DNA of 64,000 nt from a virus, in the IMG/VR virus record IMGVR_UViG_3300025127_000012. One strand, given 5' to 3'. Both the position numbers and the translations under genes were made by a program. Below are positions 7,966 to 17,702 of the stretch, in pieces. Numbering within the stretch: position 1 is the stretch's first letter; each line of letters opens with the position of its first letter. Under the pieces are notes generated by a model, which was given only the letters and a program-made list of their open reading frames with translations, had not been told where the DNA came from and made no database searches.

Positions 7966-8357
7966 TATTTCAGAGACGCTTGTCTTTTGTCCCAGTAGAA
8001 TTTGATCACCTGATTAGGATATAACCTCTTGACTGAGAAATACTTTGCTTTCTCTGGACGAAATATCTTTCTTAGTTCTAGTCTGATTGCTTGCTCAGAC
8101 TTTCCATATAATATAAAGTCCATCGCTTCGTCCTTATAGGAAACACGGAAGGGCAATGCCATGGCAGTCTTTTGTTCTAGGTCTACACTTGCGTTAGAGA
8201 CCTCTTCCTTAACGTACTTTCTACGCTTAGGTTTCTTCTTAGTTAGTTTACTAACTCCCATCATAGAATCAAACCCTGCAACAGGTCCATTAGCAGCAGA
8301 GGATCCTGAGAATCCACCTGTGCCAGCACTCATTGTTGGGGCATCTTCATTAATCAT
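7965..8357 (-). CDS. Hypothetical (likely virion) protein with a gp23-like N-terminal arm
   Basis: Residues 3-30 match gp23 residues 51-78 at 24/28. Confidence 0.8.
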   Translation of the reverse strand: MINEDAPTMSAGTGGFSGSSAANGPVAGFDSMMGVSKLTKKKPKRRKYVKEEVSNASVDLEQKTAMALPFRVSYKDEAMDFILYGKSEQAIRLELRKIFRPEKAKYFSVKRLYPNQVIKFYWDKRQASLK

Positions 8358-8719
8358 AGTGAGTCTAACTCTTTCTTAACATCATCATCGATAGGGACGT
8401 TGGCAATACTACCACCATCTTTATAACGATTGAGGTAGATAACAAATGTTTTGAGAACAGACCAATACTCACGTTCTAACTTGTACATGAGTAGTGGTAA
8501 CGTTCCTTCTCCAAACACATTGAACAACACTATCAAATGATTGAGGATCAAGTTCGTACGAAGCACACCTGTCTTGATGTACCTTTTAAGTAATCGTTTC
8601 AGATACTTAAACTTCTTCATGTCTTCCATGAAGTCGTCTATTGTAACTGAGTGTGGGTTTTCGTAATACTTGATTGCAAACATTAAATGATTCTTCTCAT
8701 TTAATTCATCAAATCTCAT
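8354..8719 (-). CDS. Conserved T4-like phage hypothetical protein
   Basis: MRFDELN..FAIKYYENP..LILNHLIVLFNVFG pattern typical of marine T4-like phages. Confidence 0.8.
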   Translation of the reverse strand: MRFDELNEKNHLMFAIKYYENPHSVTIDDFMEDMKKFKYLKRLLKRYIKTGVLRTNLILNHLIVLFNVFGEGTLPLLMYKLEREYWSVLKTFVIYLNRYKDGGSIANVPIDDDVKKELDSL

Positions 8720-8736
8720 AACATAAAACTTTTAGA

Positions 8737-9564
8737 TTAAGAACCGAAGGTTAGAGTAGCAGCACCGTCAGTGTACTTTGTCTCAGCACCTTTGCTTGTA
8801 TTTAACACACAACGATACTTGTATCCGTTAAGTGTTGTTCCTGCTAGTCCACTGTATGCAAGAGTTGCAGTAGTGAAGTTAGCATAGGTAATACCAGTGT
8901 CAAGTGAAGCACTAATATCTACCCAACGAGTAGTAGCACTTGCTGTCTGTCTCTGCCATTTGTAAACCTTAGTACCAGACTGATCAACTGTGAATGCAGC
9001 AACGAATGTTCCAGCACCACTAGATGAAGTAGAGTTAGCGGGTTGTGTACCAACTGTGATAGTTTCAAGTACGTCTGCTACTACTGTCTCGTCTGCTGCG
9101 TCACCTGATGTTCCTGCTGCCACTCTAAGTGATGCAAGTTTCTCTGCCTTATGACGCTCGGTACCATTATGTGTCTGGTATGTTCTATACAACCACCATC
9201 CAGGTCCGTCAATTCCTCTTGTTTTGTTAGATGCAATACCGTCTTCTGTGGTATCTACAAATACTAACTGGTAATTAGAGATACTATCTCCACCCTTGAT
9301 TACATACTCTGCAACCGCCTTTGGTGGTGTTCTCTTGATTACGTTTGCAGCAGTAACTGTTGCAGTTGACCCTGCGTAATTCTTGTGAAGTTCAATAGCA
9401 GTTGTGCTAGTGACTTGCTTTACAATATATGCAACGCTACTAATTTCTAGTACGTCACCTGGGACTACGCTATCAGCAGCATTCTTAGTAACAGTAGCGT
9501 CTCCATTGGTGACTCCTATGTTCTGTGTGAATGCAGCAGCGTCAATCTTACCATAGATCGCCAT
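8737..9564 (-). CDS. Virion structural/decoration protein with C-terminal Ig-like domain
   Basis: PGWWLYRTY..RHKAE segment; QPAN...YKWQ...YKYRC Ig-like domain; follows a perfect late promoter. Confidence 0.75.
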   Translation of the reverse strand: MAIYGKIDAAAFTQNIGVTNGDATVTKNAADSVVPGDVLEISSVAYIVKQVTSTTAIELHKNYAGSTATVTAANVIKRTPPKAVAEYVIKGGDSISNYQLVFVDTTEDGIASNKTRGIDGPGWWLYRTYQTHNGTERHKAEKLASLRVAAGTSGDAADETVVADVLETITVGTQPANSTSSSGAGTFVAAFTVDQSGTKVYKWQRQTASATTRWVDISASLDTGITYANFTTATLAYSGLAGTTLNGYKYRCVLNTSKGAETKYTDGAATLTFGS

Positions 9565-9598
9565 TCTTTACTCCAAGTACAATGTGTTTCCTATATTT

Positions 9599-9606
9599 TA
9601 TTTATA
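9599..9606 (-). promoter_or_regulatory. T4 late promoter TATAAATA
   Basis: Exact consensus upstream of 8737-9564. Confidence 0.8.
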
Positions 9607-9629
9607 AAAAAAGGGAGGTTGCCCTCCCT
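9606..9629 (-). terminator. Intrinsic terminator
   Basis: AGGGAGG-GCAA-CCTCCCT plus T-tract. Confidence 0.85.
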
Positions 9630-9636
9630 GATTATC

Positions 9637-9834
9637 TTATTCGCGGTTCTTGATCGCTTCTGCTACCGTCGCCAGTAACTTATCGTCAGCATCCGTCTTA
9701 GTTAGTTTTACTGCCTTTCCTAGTATAACTAGGCAGATGTCGATGAGTTTCTCACCGAGTTCAGCATCATCTGGTATTTTATCTACTGCGTCAGAGATGA
9801 TCTTTGAGGCAATAGGTAGTAGAAATCCGAACAT
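9637..9834 (-). CDS. Small conserved hypothetical protein
   Basis: ORF track; amphipathic helices; followed by a terminator. Confidence 0.75.
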   Translation of the reverse strand: MFGFLLPIASKIISDAVDKIPDDAELGEKLIDICLVILGKAVKLTKTDADDKLLATVAEAIKNRE

Positions 9835-9865
9835 AATTAATTATTGTAGATCTACTCTATATATA

Positions 9866-10102
9866 CTACTTATCTGCGGTAAACTTTCGGTCCTTCATGT
9901 AACCCCACTTACCTTTATGCAGTGCTCGTATACCTCTCTTGTCTTTGACGACCTCTGTCTTTTTCTTAACGAAATCCTTGTAACCCTTCTTATCCTTTGC
10001 TGCTTGATGAGCATTTCTAGATTTAGTCAGAAGTTCATGCTTTACTCCTTTGCTCCATTGAGCACTATCTAATTCGTTAAGTTCCACGGTTTCATTTAAC
10101 AT
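9866..10102 (-). CDS. Basic hypothetical protein (putative internal head protein)
   Basis: LNE motifs; Lys-rich. Confidence 0.65.
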   Translation of the reverse strand: MLNETVELNELDSAQWSKGVKHELLTKSRNAHQAAKDKKGYKDFVKKKTEVVKDKRGIRALHKGKWGYMKDRKFTADK

Positions 10103-10544
10103 TCATCCCTGCTTTCTTTCTATCATGGTCAGCAGTCATCTGCATCATCTTAGATTTCATTCTATCCTTGATAGCAGTCTTCTTAGCAGAGGTATCAACA
10201 GAAGCATACTCCTGTACAGTCTCTTCTTCTACTTCATGACCCTCTTCTGGTGTGTTGTCAACTGCACCTTCACCTTTGGGTTGTAGTTTCTTCTTACGAA
10301 GTTCGTCGAGCATAGACTCTTTCATTTTAATAATCTTAGATCTGACTTTACGTCTGTTCAATAGATACTTATCAGACTTATCATGGTCACCGTCATTGTC
10401 GATGTCCTTGTCTTCTTTACCTACTGGATCTAATTTCTTCTCGTCTAAATTCTTTTCCTGCATGAGGTCCTCCTTTTTGGGATTAATAGTCACACCGTTC
10501 TTCTTTACAGTGGTAGTGACTCGCTTGTCTTGGTCTGGTTTCAT
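10092..10544 (-). CDS. Charged hypothetical protein (putative internal head protein)
   Basis: LDPVGKEDKDIDNDGD module; LDE sites. Confidence 0.7.
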   Translation of the reverse strand: MKPDQDKRVTTTVKKNGVTINPKKEDLMQEKNLDEKKLDPVGKEDKDIDNDGDHDKSDKYLLNRRKVRSKIIKMKESMLDELRKKKLQPKGEGAVDNTPEEGHEVEEETVQEYASVDTSAKKTAIKDRMKSKMMQMTADHDRKKAGMNVK

Positions 10545-11242
10545 GATTCGATTCCTAGTTCATTGCGCCAAGAGTACTTTTCGACATTGAGTGTTTTAGG
10601 ATAGTCTTTGTCCCCTGGTTTTGCTGGTTTCTCACCACGCTTTCTCTTAGCATGGATATTATCCCACAAACCTTTCTTTTCGTCTAGGGGTTGTTCGTCT
10701 TCCTTAACACAATTTGGTACTTGCTTACCACCTTTTGTTTTGGTGCCCTTTGCTTTGTACCCATCCCAACATTTGCCTGCACCCACGTTCTTGCGTGCCT
10801 GCTTCAAACTCTCGACCATTTCGTTGTGTAGTGCATCTATATCTATGCCTTCTGTCACACCACCTGGTCTCTGTAAATTTAATCCTAGGTCTCTGGGTTC
10901 CTTAGCAGTCTTTTCTCCCTTCTTACCCATGATTTGATAGCGTCCGTCATTCTTCATACCTGTTATGACAAATGACTCTCCGCCCTGTGATATCACTCTA
11001 CCAATGTTACGATCCTTGTCGAACTTGATCTTGTTCTTGTCGATTAGTTTCTTTTCAACTGGGAATCCTGCATAACCCTCGACAATCTCCTCGTGATTCA
11101 TAATGATGTCAACGATTGCTCTGCCTGCGTCCTCTATACGCTTGGTCTTTGGATCTTCTCCTCCGTAAACGCAGTCTAGGATTTGTGTTTGCTCTTGCAA
11201 ACTGTACCCTAATAACACAGATCCTATCTTAATATCTAACAT
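10541..11242 (-). CDS. Modular hypothetical protein (putative internal head protein)
   Basis: CWDGY..VPNCVKE and GLWDNIHAKRKRGE modules; late promoter upstream. Confidence 0.7.
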   Translation of the reverse strand: MLDIKIGSVLLGYSLQEQTQILDCVYGGEDPKTKRIEDAGRAIVDIIMNHEEIVEGYAGFPVEKKLIDKNKIKFDKDRNIGRVISQGGESFVITGMKNDGRYQIMGKKGEKTAKEPRDLGLNLQRPGGVTEGIDIDALHNEMVESLKQARKNVGAGKCWDGYKAKGTKTKGGKQVPNCVKEDEQPLDEKKGLWDNIHAKRKRGEKPAKPGDKDYPKTLNVEKYSWRNELGIES

Positions 11243-11262
11243 GGTTTGATAAAGTGGTATTA

Positions 11263-12480
11263 CTATTTAGATTTGACAGACTTTCTGAACTCAGCAAACT
11301 TCTTGGTTGCTTGCCCAGGAGTCATCGCCTGTACTGCCTGTCTATATTTATCTGTTCCTATCTTCCAATCGTTACCTGACCCATCATCCGCACTGTAATT
11401 ACTCTGATCATTCCTGTGAATGTGACCTTCCTTTGTTACTCCTGCTTTGGATCTTTCTCTCTCTGCTACTGACTTGATAAGCATCTTCAATACTGCACGC
11501 TTACCATATGGATTACTCTTACGTCCTAGTGGTACACCCTTATCCTTTTTAGGATTCTTCATTGCTATCTCTGTAATATCTCCCAACCATGCCTTGAACT
11601 CATCACCGTGCTCATCTTTAAATATGACATGATTAGTTCCTCTGTGTACTATGTGACCTCTAATACCTGTGTTGTCATGCTCTATGAGTGTACCAGTATC
11701 AAATATTTCACCTTGAATATAGTGTTCTCTCAAATCTTCTAGTGCCAACTTAGGAGAAAACTCCCATGTTTCCTTGACTGTCTTTTCCTTTGTACCTGTT
11801 GCTGTACTCAACTTCGCCTTTGCTTTCTTCGCTGCCTTTGCTGCCTTTTCTTTTGGTGTCATCCCTGCTGCAACGTCTGCCATCATCTGCTTACTGTTCT
11901 TATACCCACCAGTGCCTGCATGGAATGCTTCGTGGTCTCCCTTTGTAGCATGCTTACGCAAAGCACTTGCACTAAGTCTCTCCAAAGGATCCTCAGACTT
12001 AGGATCACGCTTACCAGCAGACTTAACATTAATACTCTTGAAGTCATAGTGCACTCCATTGTATTTCTTGGTAAGTTTATCAAATTCTTTGACTCTATCG
12101 TCACCAACTACCATGGTTACATGCTCATGACCTTCATCGTTAAGGTCTTTCATGATGTCAAATATATTTCTATGTGCTTCGCTGTTCTGAATCTTGTCTT
12201 TATGGTCTTTAAACATCGCACGCATGTGCTTTATCTTCTGGTCTGCTGACAGTGGGTTCTTCTTATTGTCTTGCGTTCTACTAGGATAGATCCTGTAATT
12301 ACCTGTGTCTCCACCATATGATTTCACTGCGTCCATCATCTTACCATGTCCTGCATGAGGAGGATTGAACCGTCCAAAGGTAAATGCGACGTGCTTATCC
12401 TGCACCTCTTGCTTTTTAGCAGAGGATGTAGGTTTCTTCTTAGGCGTTTCTGCCTCTATGATGAACTGACGAAATCTCAT
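11263..12480 (-). CDS. Cytidylyltransferase-like (HxGH) nucleotidyltransferase with N-terminal capsid-targeting-like sequence
   Basis: FTFGRFNPPHAGH, VVGDDR, SASALR; N-terminus MRFRQFIIEA. Confidence 0.85.
   Translation of the reverse strand: MRFRQFIIEAETPKKKPTSSAKKQEVQDKHVAFTFGRFNPPHAGHGKMMDAVKSYGGDTGNYRIYPSRTQDNKKNPLSADQKIKHMRAMFKDHKDKIQNSEAHRNIFDIMKDLNDEGHEHVTMVVGDDRVKEFDKLTKKYNGVHYDFKSINVKSAGKRDPKSEDPLERLSASALRKHATKGDHEAFHAGTGGYKNSKQMMADVAAGMTPKEKAAKAAKKAKAKLSTATGTKEKTVKETWEFSPKLALEDLREHYIQGEIFDTGTLIEHDNTGIRGHIVHRGTNHVIFKDEHGDEFKAWLGDITEIAMKNPKKDKGVPLGRKSNPYGKRAVLKMLIKSVAERERSKAGVTKEGHIHRNDQSNYSADDGSGNDWKIGTDKYRQAVQAMTPGQATKKFAEFRKSVKSK
11264..11270 (-). promoter_or_regulatory. Late promoter CTAAATA
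   Basis: Late box ~22 nt upstream of the 11242 ATG. Confidence 0.6.
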
Positions 12481-13670
12481 TTAGACCAATTCTTTGCCAC
12501 AGTAAAGTTTGCACGAGAGAATTCAAGTCTGTCAACTAATTTGACTGCTGAACCATCTTTGATAGCAACAAATCCTTCTGGACTTGTAACTCGGTATCCA
12601 TCCTCGTCTTCAAGGAACGTGCCGACACCTTCTATCTTCTTCAATTTATTTATAATCTTAACCTTTGCCTTCATCAACAGTTTGAATCCAGTAAGGGCAG
12701 AGAAAATGACACTCTTGTTACTATTTAGATAAGTTAGGTTCTCTTGCTTCTGTTTTCTCCATGTTTCTTTTCCCTTCTCACTCTTTTTCTTATCAATTTC
12801 TTTACCAAATTCTTTCTCAACATAGTATATGTAACCCTTTGCCATCTTCTCTGCACTGTCGGGGATACTATTCTGTCTGACTAAGATGTTTATATACTTC
12901 TTGAACATAGCAGCATAACTAAATGGTTTTGTACCACCACCTATTGCATTTAAGAATGTCTTAGAGCGTAGTAGATTAGTCTTTGCCATTCTAATATCAT
13001 TCTTTACACTTGATAGTTCTGTTGGTGTTAAGTTTGCAACTCCATTTACATTAGAGAATGCAGACGAGAACACTGCTACAAGTTTGTTGTTCTGCATACC
13101 TGATACATCTACACCAAATCCTGCTGTCATAGTGCTGACACTGGTGCCAGTATATCTTGTATGAAATACTATACCTATGTCAGATTGTCCTACCTTCTTT
13201 CCCATTTCTGTATTCTTTTCTACACAGTATGTGATAGTGTTAGGTTTAAACTTATAGCATACCTTACCACCCATGGTAACAACAGGAGGTGTCTCTGTAT
13301 AGAGAAGGTCACCTTGTATCACACCCTTGATATTCAACTGTGATAGGTGATCAAATGCTTTCTTTAACTTATCATTTAACTCACCTTCATAGAAAGAATC
13401 AATGTCATCATGTGAGTAACATATCTTTGGATTGTTCTTATTAAATACAGACTTAGTTCCTACAAAGAATAGATCAGACTCAGGATCTATGCCACATATA
13501 ACAGCAGGAGCACCATCCCACTTAACTGTTACCTTTGTATTGTTACCACCTTTACCAGTGGTCAACATATCTACAAGTGAGTTTAAGAAGTTGATGCCAT
13601 TCAATGCACCAGAATATCCATCATTAAATATATCATCTTCCAAATGTTCGAGGTGTGTATTCTTGCTCAT
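12477..13670 (-). CDS. Conserved hypothetical protein with ATP-dependent ligase-like motifs (DUF6267-like)
   Basis: TVKWDG (I), IQGDL (III), PEGFV (IV), VKLVDR (V). Confidence 0.75.
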   Translation of the reverse strand: MSKNTHLEHLEDDIFNDGYSGALNGINFLNSLVDMLTTGKGGNNTKVTVKWDGAPAVICGIDPESDLFFVGTKSVFNKNNPKICYSHDDIDSFYEGELNDKLKKAFDHLSQLNIKGVIQGDLLYTETPPVVTMGGKVCYKFKPNTITYCVEKNTEMGKKVGQSDIGIVFHTRYTGTSVSTMTAGFGVDVSGMQNNKLVAVFSSAFSNVNGVANLTPTELSSVKNDIRMAKTNLLRSKTFLNAIGGGTKPFSYAAMFKKYINILVRQNSIPDSAEKMAKGYIYYVEKEFGKEIDKKKSEKGKETWRKQKQENLTYLNSNKSVIFSALTGFKLLMKAKVKIINKLKKIEGVGTFLEDEDGYRVTSPEGFVAIKDGSAVKLVDRLEFSRANFTVAKNWSK

Positions 13671-14980
13671 GGTTGTACTCCGACTGTCTCTCTGTATGGT
13701 CTGCTCTTAGATGACTTGTTACGCAAGTAGAAGTTTGCGTTGTTTGGTATTTTATTATATAGATCATTCGACATAAAGAACTCAGGGTTTCCTTTATTAA
13801 GTTTAAATTTGTAGAAAGATACTTGCTTCATTACAACATCAACAATGATGTCACGATAGTTCCACAACTTCTCTCCCTTGGTCATTTTCTCCAATGCTGT
13901 TTGACAAGTTAGACTTACGACTCCTAACGGACCATCTGTAAAGTCTGGTTGTTCCCAGTAATCTATACCTTCATTATAATATACAGACATAACCTTTGTC
14001 CACTGTGGTTGGTACACTAATACATCTGGCACAGCGTTGTCTGGTATCATCCCTTCTATGTTCCAGTCTAACCCTGCCTGTTTAAGTTTCATCTGCACTT
14101 GTGGGAACCTCTTATATGCTTCTTTGAATGCATAGATTGGTCCTAGTTTGATACTATTCTCTGCTAATACTTTTAGTATCTCATAATTATCTTCACCTTT
14201 ATATGCTCCTTTCAAATCACCCATCAATTCTATTATATCTTTTGGTTTGACTGTGTTAGTAACACCAGTTGCTTTCTTAACTGAAAACTTATACTCTCTA
14301 CCATCCTTACCATACAGTGCAAAGTCCATCAATGGTTCGTTACCTCTCTTGGGTACATATATCATTGTGTTTTCTTTGGTCAAACCTTTGAATCCCATCT
14401 TCTCTAACTCTCTTTGACCTCTTTCTAGTACACATAGAGGTGCCATGATCTCAGAGAAGTCTGCTTCAATCTCACTGATCACACCCGCATACTTAGTGTC
14501 CATAAGGTTCTCATATGTCTTCTTTAAATTCTGGTGATCCTTATGTTCATAACAATACTTCACCAATGCTTTTAGATATGCTCTTATAACCAAGGGAACA
14601 TCGTCTCTCTCACCTAGTGCTGACATCACACCGTTGTAATACTTGTTGAATGACACTTTCTTATCCAGTGGCATAGCAAAGTCTTGTGGTTTTAAATTCT
14701 GTTTTAATATCTGACCTGGTTTTGCACCAAGTTGTCCTAACGATACAAAACCTTCGAGAGATTTCATGTTCTCTGCGAAGGTTATATGTACTCTGGATGG
14801 TTGACCAGTTAGTATCGGTGTTGTAGTTATCTCGTGTCCTTTTTTAAGAAGAGTTACAGTCTCATTACCTTTCTCTTTTTTATATACAGGTAAGTCTCTC
14901 TTTATTTGACAGGCAAATCCCTCCTTGTAATACCAAGAATACTTCTGCCATCCTGCTGCTGATGTTAGTGTCGTTGCCAT
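13667..14980 (-). CDS. Hypothetical protein, possible PD-(D/E)xK-type nuclease
   Basis: 437 aa ORF; DFSEI...NEPLMDF...KFSVK pattern. Confidence 0.65.
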   Translation of the reverse strand: MATTLTSAAGWQKYSWYYKEGFACQIKRDLPVYKKEKGNETVTLLKKGHEITTTPILTGQPSRVHITFAENMKSLEGFVSLGQLGAKPGQILKQNLKPQDFAMPLDKKVSFNKYYNGVMSALGERDDVPLVIRAYLKALVKYCYEHKDHQNLKKTYENLMDTKYAGVISEIEADFSEIMAPLCVLERGQRELEKMGFKGLTKENTMIYVPKRGNEPLMDFALYGKDGREYKFSVKKATGVTNTVKPKDIIELMGDLKGAYKGEDNYEILKVLAENSIKLGPIYAFKEAYKRFPQVQMKLKQAGLDWNIEGMIPDNAVPDVLVYQPQWTKVMSVYYNEGIDYWEQPDFTDGPLGVVSLTCQTALEKMTKGEKLWNYRDIIVDVVMKQVSFYKFKLNKGNPEFFMSNDLYNKIPNNANFYLRNKSSKSRPYRETVGVQP

Positions 14981-14985
14981 GACAC

Positions 14986-14992
14986 TATTTAT
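14986..14992 (-). promoter_or_regulatory. Late promoter ATAAATA
   Basis: Late box immediately upstream of the 14980 ATG. Confidence 0.55.
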
Positions 14993-15123
14993 CAGTCAGA
15001 CTTTAATGGGTACCAACCTTCTTTGATTTCCTCTTGAACGTCTTGCTCATGATCGTAATCATCATGCATGACCTCTCTGAGTACCCTTTCTTCTGGGTCT
15101 AGTTTTCCATGTTTAGATGTCAT
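14992..15123 (-). CDS. Small acidic hypothetical protein (43 aa, MTSKHGKLDPEERV...)
   Basis: Read by hand; fills the gap and overlaps the mazG stop. Confidence 0.55.
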   Translation of the reverse strand: MTSKHGKLDPEERVLREVMHDDYDHEQDVQEEIKEGWYPLKSD

Positions 15124-15757
15124 CGGGTGCTCTGTTTTCTGAATCGCTTACGTTGAACTCTCCACCACTATAACGCTTTGCAAGTTTAAGTGTGTTCACA
15201 TAGATTATATCATCTAGTCTTTGACCAAGTGCCATGGATGCTTGTGCAGCATACCACATGATGTCACCTAGTTCTTTGATTAGATGTTCCTTGTTTGCTT
15301 CGTCCCATGGTTTACCCTGGAACTTCATCTTCTTAACTATTTCCATGAACTCACCCGCCTCAGCAGAGAGACCATTAGCAGCAGTATCTAGAAGAGAAAT
15401 GTTACAACCAAGTTCGTTTAAATCATTCAACCTTTTTATATATGCTGCGTGATCTTTTGAGAAATTACTACATGTATTCTCACAAAATTCAAGGTATTTG
15501 TCTAGGTCAACTGCAAACTTTTCTTGATCTTCTTTTGCTTTCTGTTTCTCCTTGACCTCCTCTGCTGCTCTCCATGCAGTAAACCCTTTCTTATTAATAA
15601 ACTCTTCGGGTGTGGTAGGTGTGTCCTCTGCAACCTTCTTGGCATTGTCAGACATACCCTCCTTCACATCTTGCATGTGATTCATGACATTCTCTGCTGC
15701 CTTTGATGCTTTGTCAGCACTATTGTAATCGACGTTTACGTCTTCTCTTTTAGTCAT
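15113..15757 (-). CDS. mazG: MazG nucleoside triphosphate pyrophosphohydrolase
   Basis: GLSAEAGEFMEIVKK, KELGDIMWY, NTLKLAKRY. Confidence 0.93.
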   Translation of the reverse strand: MTKREDVNVDYNSADKASKAAENVMNHMQDVKEGMSDNAKKVAEDTPTTPEEFINKKGFTAWRAAEEVKEKQKAKEDQEKFAVDLDKYLEFCENTCSNFSKDHAAYIKRLNDLNELGCNISLLDTAANGLSAEAGEFMEIVKKMKFQGKPWDEANKEHLIKELGDIMWYAAQASMALGQRLDDIIYVNTLKLAKRYSGGEFNVSDSENRAPDDI

Positions 15758-17136
15758 ATTTTAAAACCGTCAAATTTGTTTTGAGTTTTGAGTTCAAGGA
15801 AGTTGTCTTTGAGGGTGTCCCCTGCATCAACAATATCCTCTTGTGCTTTCTGATCACAATCATACAACCTCATCTTCGCTCTGTCAATACCGACAATGAA
15901 ACGTTTGTGTATGGTAGGGTCATTATATCTATTCTTCAACTGCTTGACCATAATCTGTCCTAGTTGTTCTAACTCTTCGGTAGAAATAAGAGCAAACATA
16001 AGGTCAGCAGTTGCAGGGAGACCGAAAGACTCACTTGTGTCAGTAAGACTAACGTCACTACTCCCATAACCCGCACGAGTAGTCTGAGTAGCAGTGACGA
16101 TTGGTACATTGCATTCAACTGCAAGACCACGAAGTTCTTCTGCAATCGCTTTAACAAAAGTGTATGAGTTTACGATGGTTCCTTTATATCTAGCACTCGC
16201 ACAGATGTTTAGATAATCAATGAACACAATGTCAGGTTGGAATCCCTTCTTCATAGACAACTCATTCAATAATGATTTGAAATGATTTACATGTGCTGAT
16301 GCTGTTGGGTATTCTTTTATAATTATCCTACCTTGTGTCTTCTTATTTAATACATCTACTTTATTTCTAAACTGTTGCTTACTAAACAGAGGGTCACTTA
16401 ACTGTTTGATCGGGACGTCGAGGAGGTTGCTGTCAATTCGTTCAGCAATTTTCTCTTCTGCCATTTCAAGTGTAATATAGAGAACGTTCCTCCCCTGCAT
16501 GAGACAGGAACTAGCGACGTGGCACATGAATAGAGACTTCCCGACACCTGTACCAGCAAGTGCGACATTGAGAGTCTTGCTAGGTAAACCACCTTTTGTA
16601 ATCTTGTTGAAGTATTCAAGATCGAATGGAATTTTGTCTTCTTTTTTGTGATAGAAGTCGTACCTTTCATCTGCGTCCTGTATGTAATCATGCCCTACTG
16701 TTTCATCAAAACATGTGCCTAGTGCTTCCGACATTATGTGTGGAATGGCATCCTTTTGACGTGTCTTATCCTGACCGTCAGCAATCTTAATGCTATCCAT
16801 TAGAGCAAGATAGATAGCACGTTCTTTACACCACTTCTCTGTGGTCTCTACTAACCAGTCATCATTATATTGTTGATTGTCAATGTTTTCGTCAAGAAAC
16901 TTCTCAATCTCTGTTACAATCTCCTGACTAAGATCTTTCCTCTTATCTATCTCAATTTTTAAGGCATTGATCTCAGGTACTTGATCGTACTTTGTGAAGT
17001 AATCATTTATCTCACCGAACAGTGTCTTCATGTCCAGTGTTTCAAAGTAATCTTCCTTTATAAAAGGTAATACTTTGCGTGTGTATTCCTCACTGGTAAT
17101 GAGTTTACTGATCGCAATAGTTTCTATGCTTGGCAT
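15754..17136 (-). CDS. gp41: Replicative DNA helicase (T4 gp41-like)
   Basis: AGTGVGKS Walker A, ITLEM, FIDYLNI, SESFGLPATAD, QLKNRY. Confidence 0.97.
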   Translation of the reverse strand: MPSIETIAISKLITSEEYTRKVLPFIKEDYFETLDMKTLFGEINDYFTKYDQVPEINALKIEIDKRKDLSQEIVTEIEKFLDENIDNQQYNDDWLVETTEKWCKERAIYLALMDSIKIADGQDKTRQKDAIPHIMSEALGTCFDETVGHDYIQDADERYDFYHKKEDKIPFDLEYFNKITKGGLPSKTLNVALAGTGVGKSLFMCHVASSCLMQGRNVLYITLEMAEEKIAERIDSNLLDVPIKQLSDPLFSKQQFRNKVDVLNKKTQGRIIIKEYPTASAHVNHFKSLLNELSMKKGFQPDIVFIDYLNICASARYKGTIVNSYTFVKAIAEELRGLAVECNVPIVTATQTTRAGYGSSDVSLTDTSESFGLPATADLMFALISTEELEQLGQIMVKQLKNRYNDPTIHKRFIVGIDRAKMRLYDCDQKAQEDIVDAGDTLKDNFLELKTQNKFDGFKI

Positions 17137-17702
17137 TAAACGTAATGTAAATAGGTTCCAATAATGTATTTGTCCTCAGTTATAGGTGCTGCTCCTGCGT
17201 GTGGGAACATCCACATAGGAGGAAATGCTAGGCATCTACCTTGAACTGGTTTGATCGAGCGATGCTCGAACTTTGTTTCACCACCTTTCTCTACATCATT
17301 TAAGTAGAAAAACATTGCGAGAAATCTACGAGCAGATGCATGGTCTCCCACGTCTGCATGCTCATCAAATCTGTCATTCTGATCTACCTGATAGTGTTTC
17401 AGTCTGACTTGTTCCAAAGCATTTGAGTATGGCCATTGCTGTTGGCAACCGACCTCTTCCATATATCTGTTAGATATATCTTTGACTGCTTGGATGACTT
17501 GATTGTGTATGATATTCCAGACATCATCATCTGGAAGATCTTTGTTCTCTGCGTGGTCAGTAATATTGAACTCATTGAACTGAGGACGACCACCACGATC
17601 CCACCTCGTCATTTCAACATTCTTACATGCAGATAAGATATTGCGACATAGATTTACATCAAGTGCATTATCGTATACTTTGATGTACTTGTCAAGATCC
17701 AT
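17136..17702 (-). CDS. 2OG-Fe(II) oxygenase (prolyl-4-hydroxylase-like)
   Basis: [23 protein letters not shown]. Confidence 0.9.
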   Translation of the reverse strand: MDLDKYIKVYDNALDVNLCRNILSACKNVEMTRWDRGGRPQFNEFNITDHAENKDLPDDDVWNIIHNQVIQAVKDISNRYMEEVGCQQQWPYSNALEQVRLKHYQVDQNDRFDEHADVGDHASARRFLAMFFYLNDVEKGGETKFEHRSIKPVQGRCLAFPPMWMFPHAGAAPITEDKYIIGTYLHYV

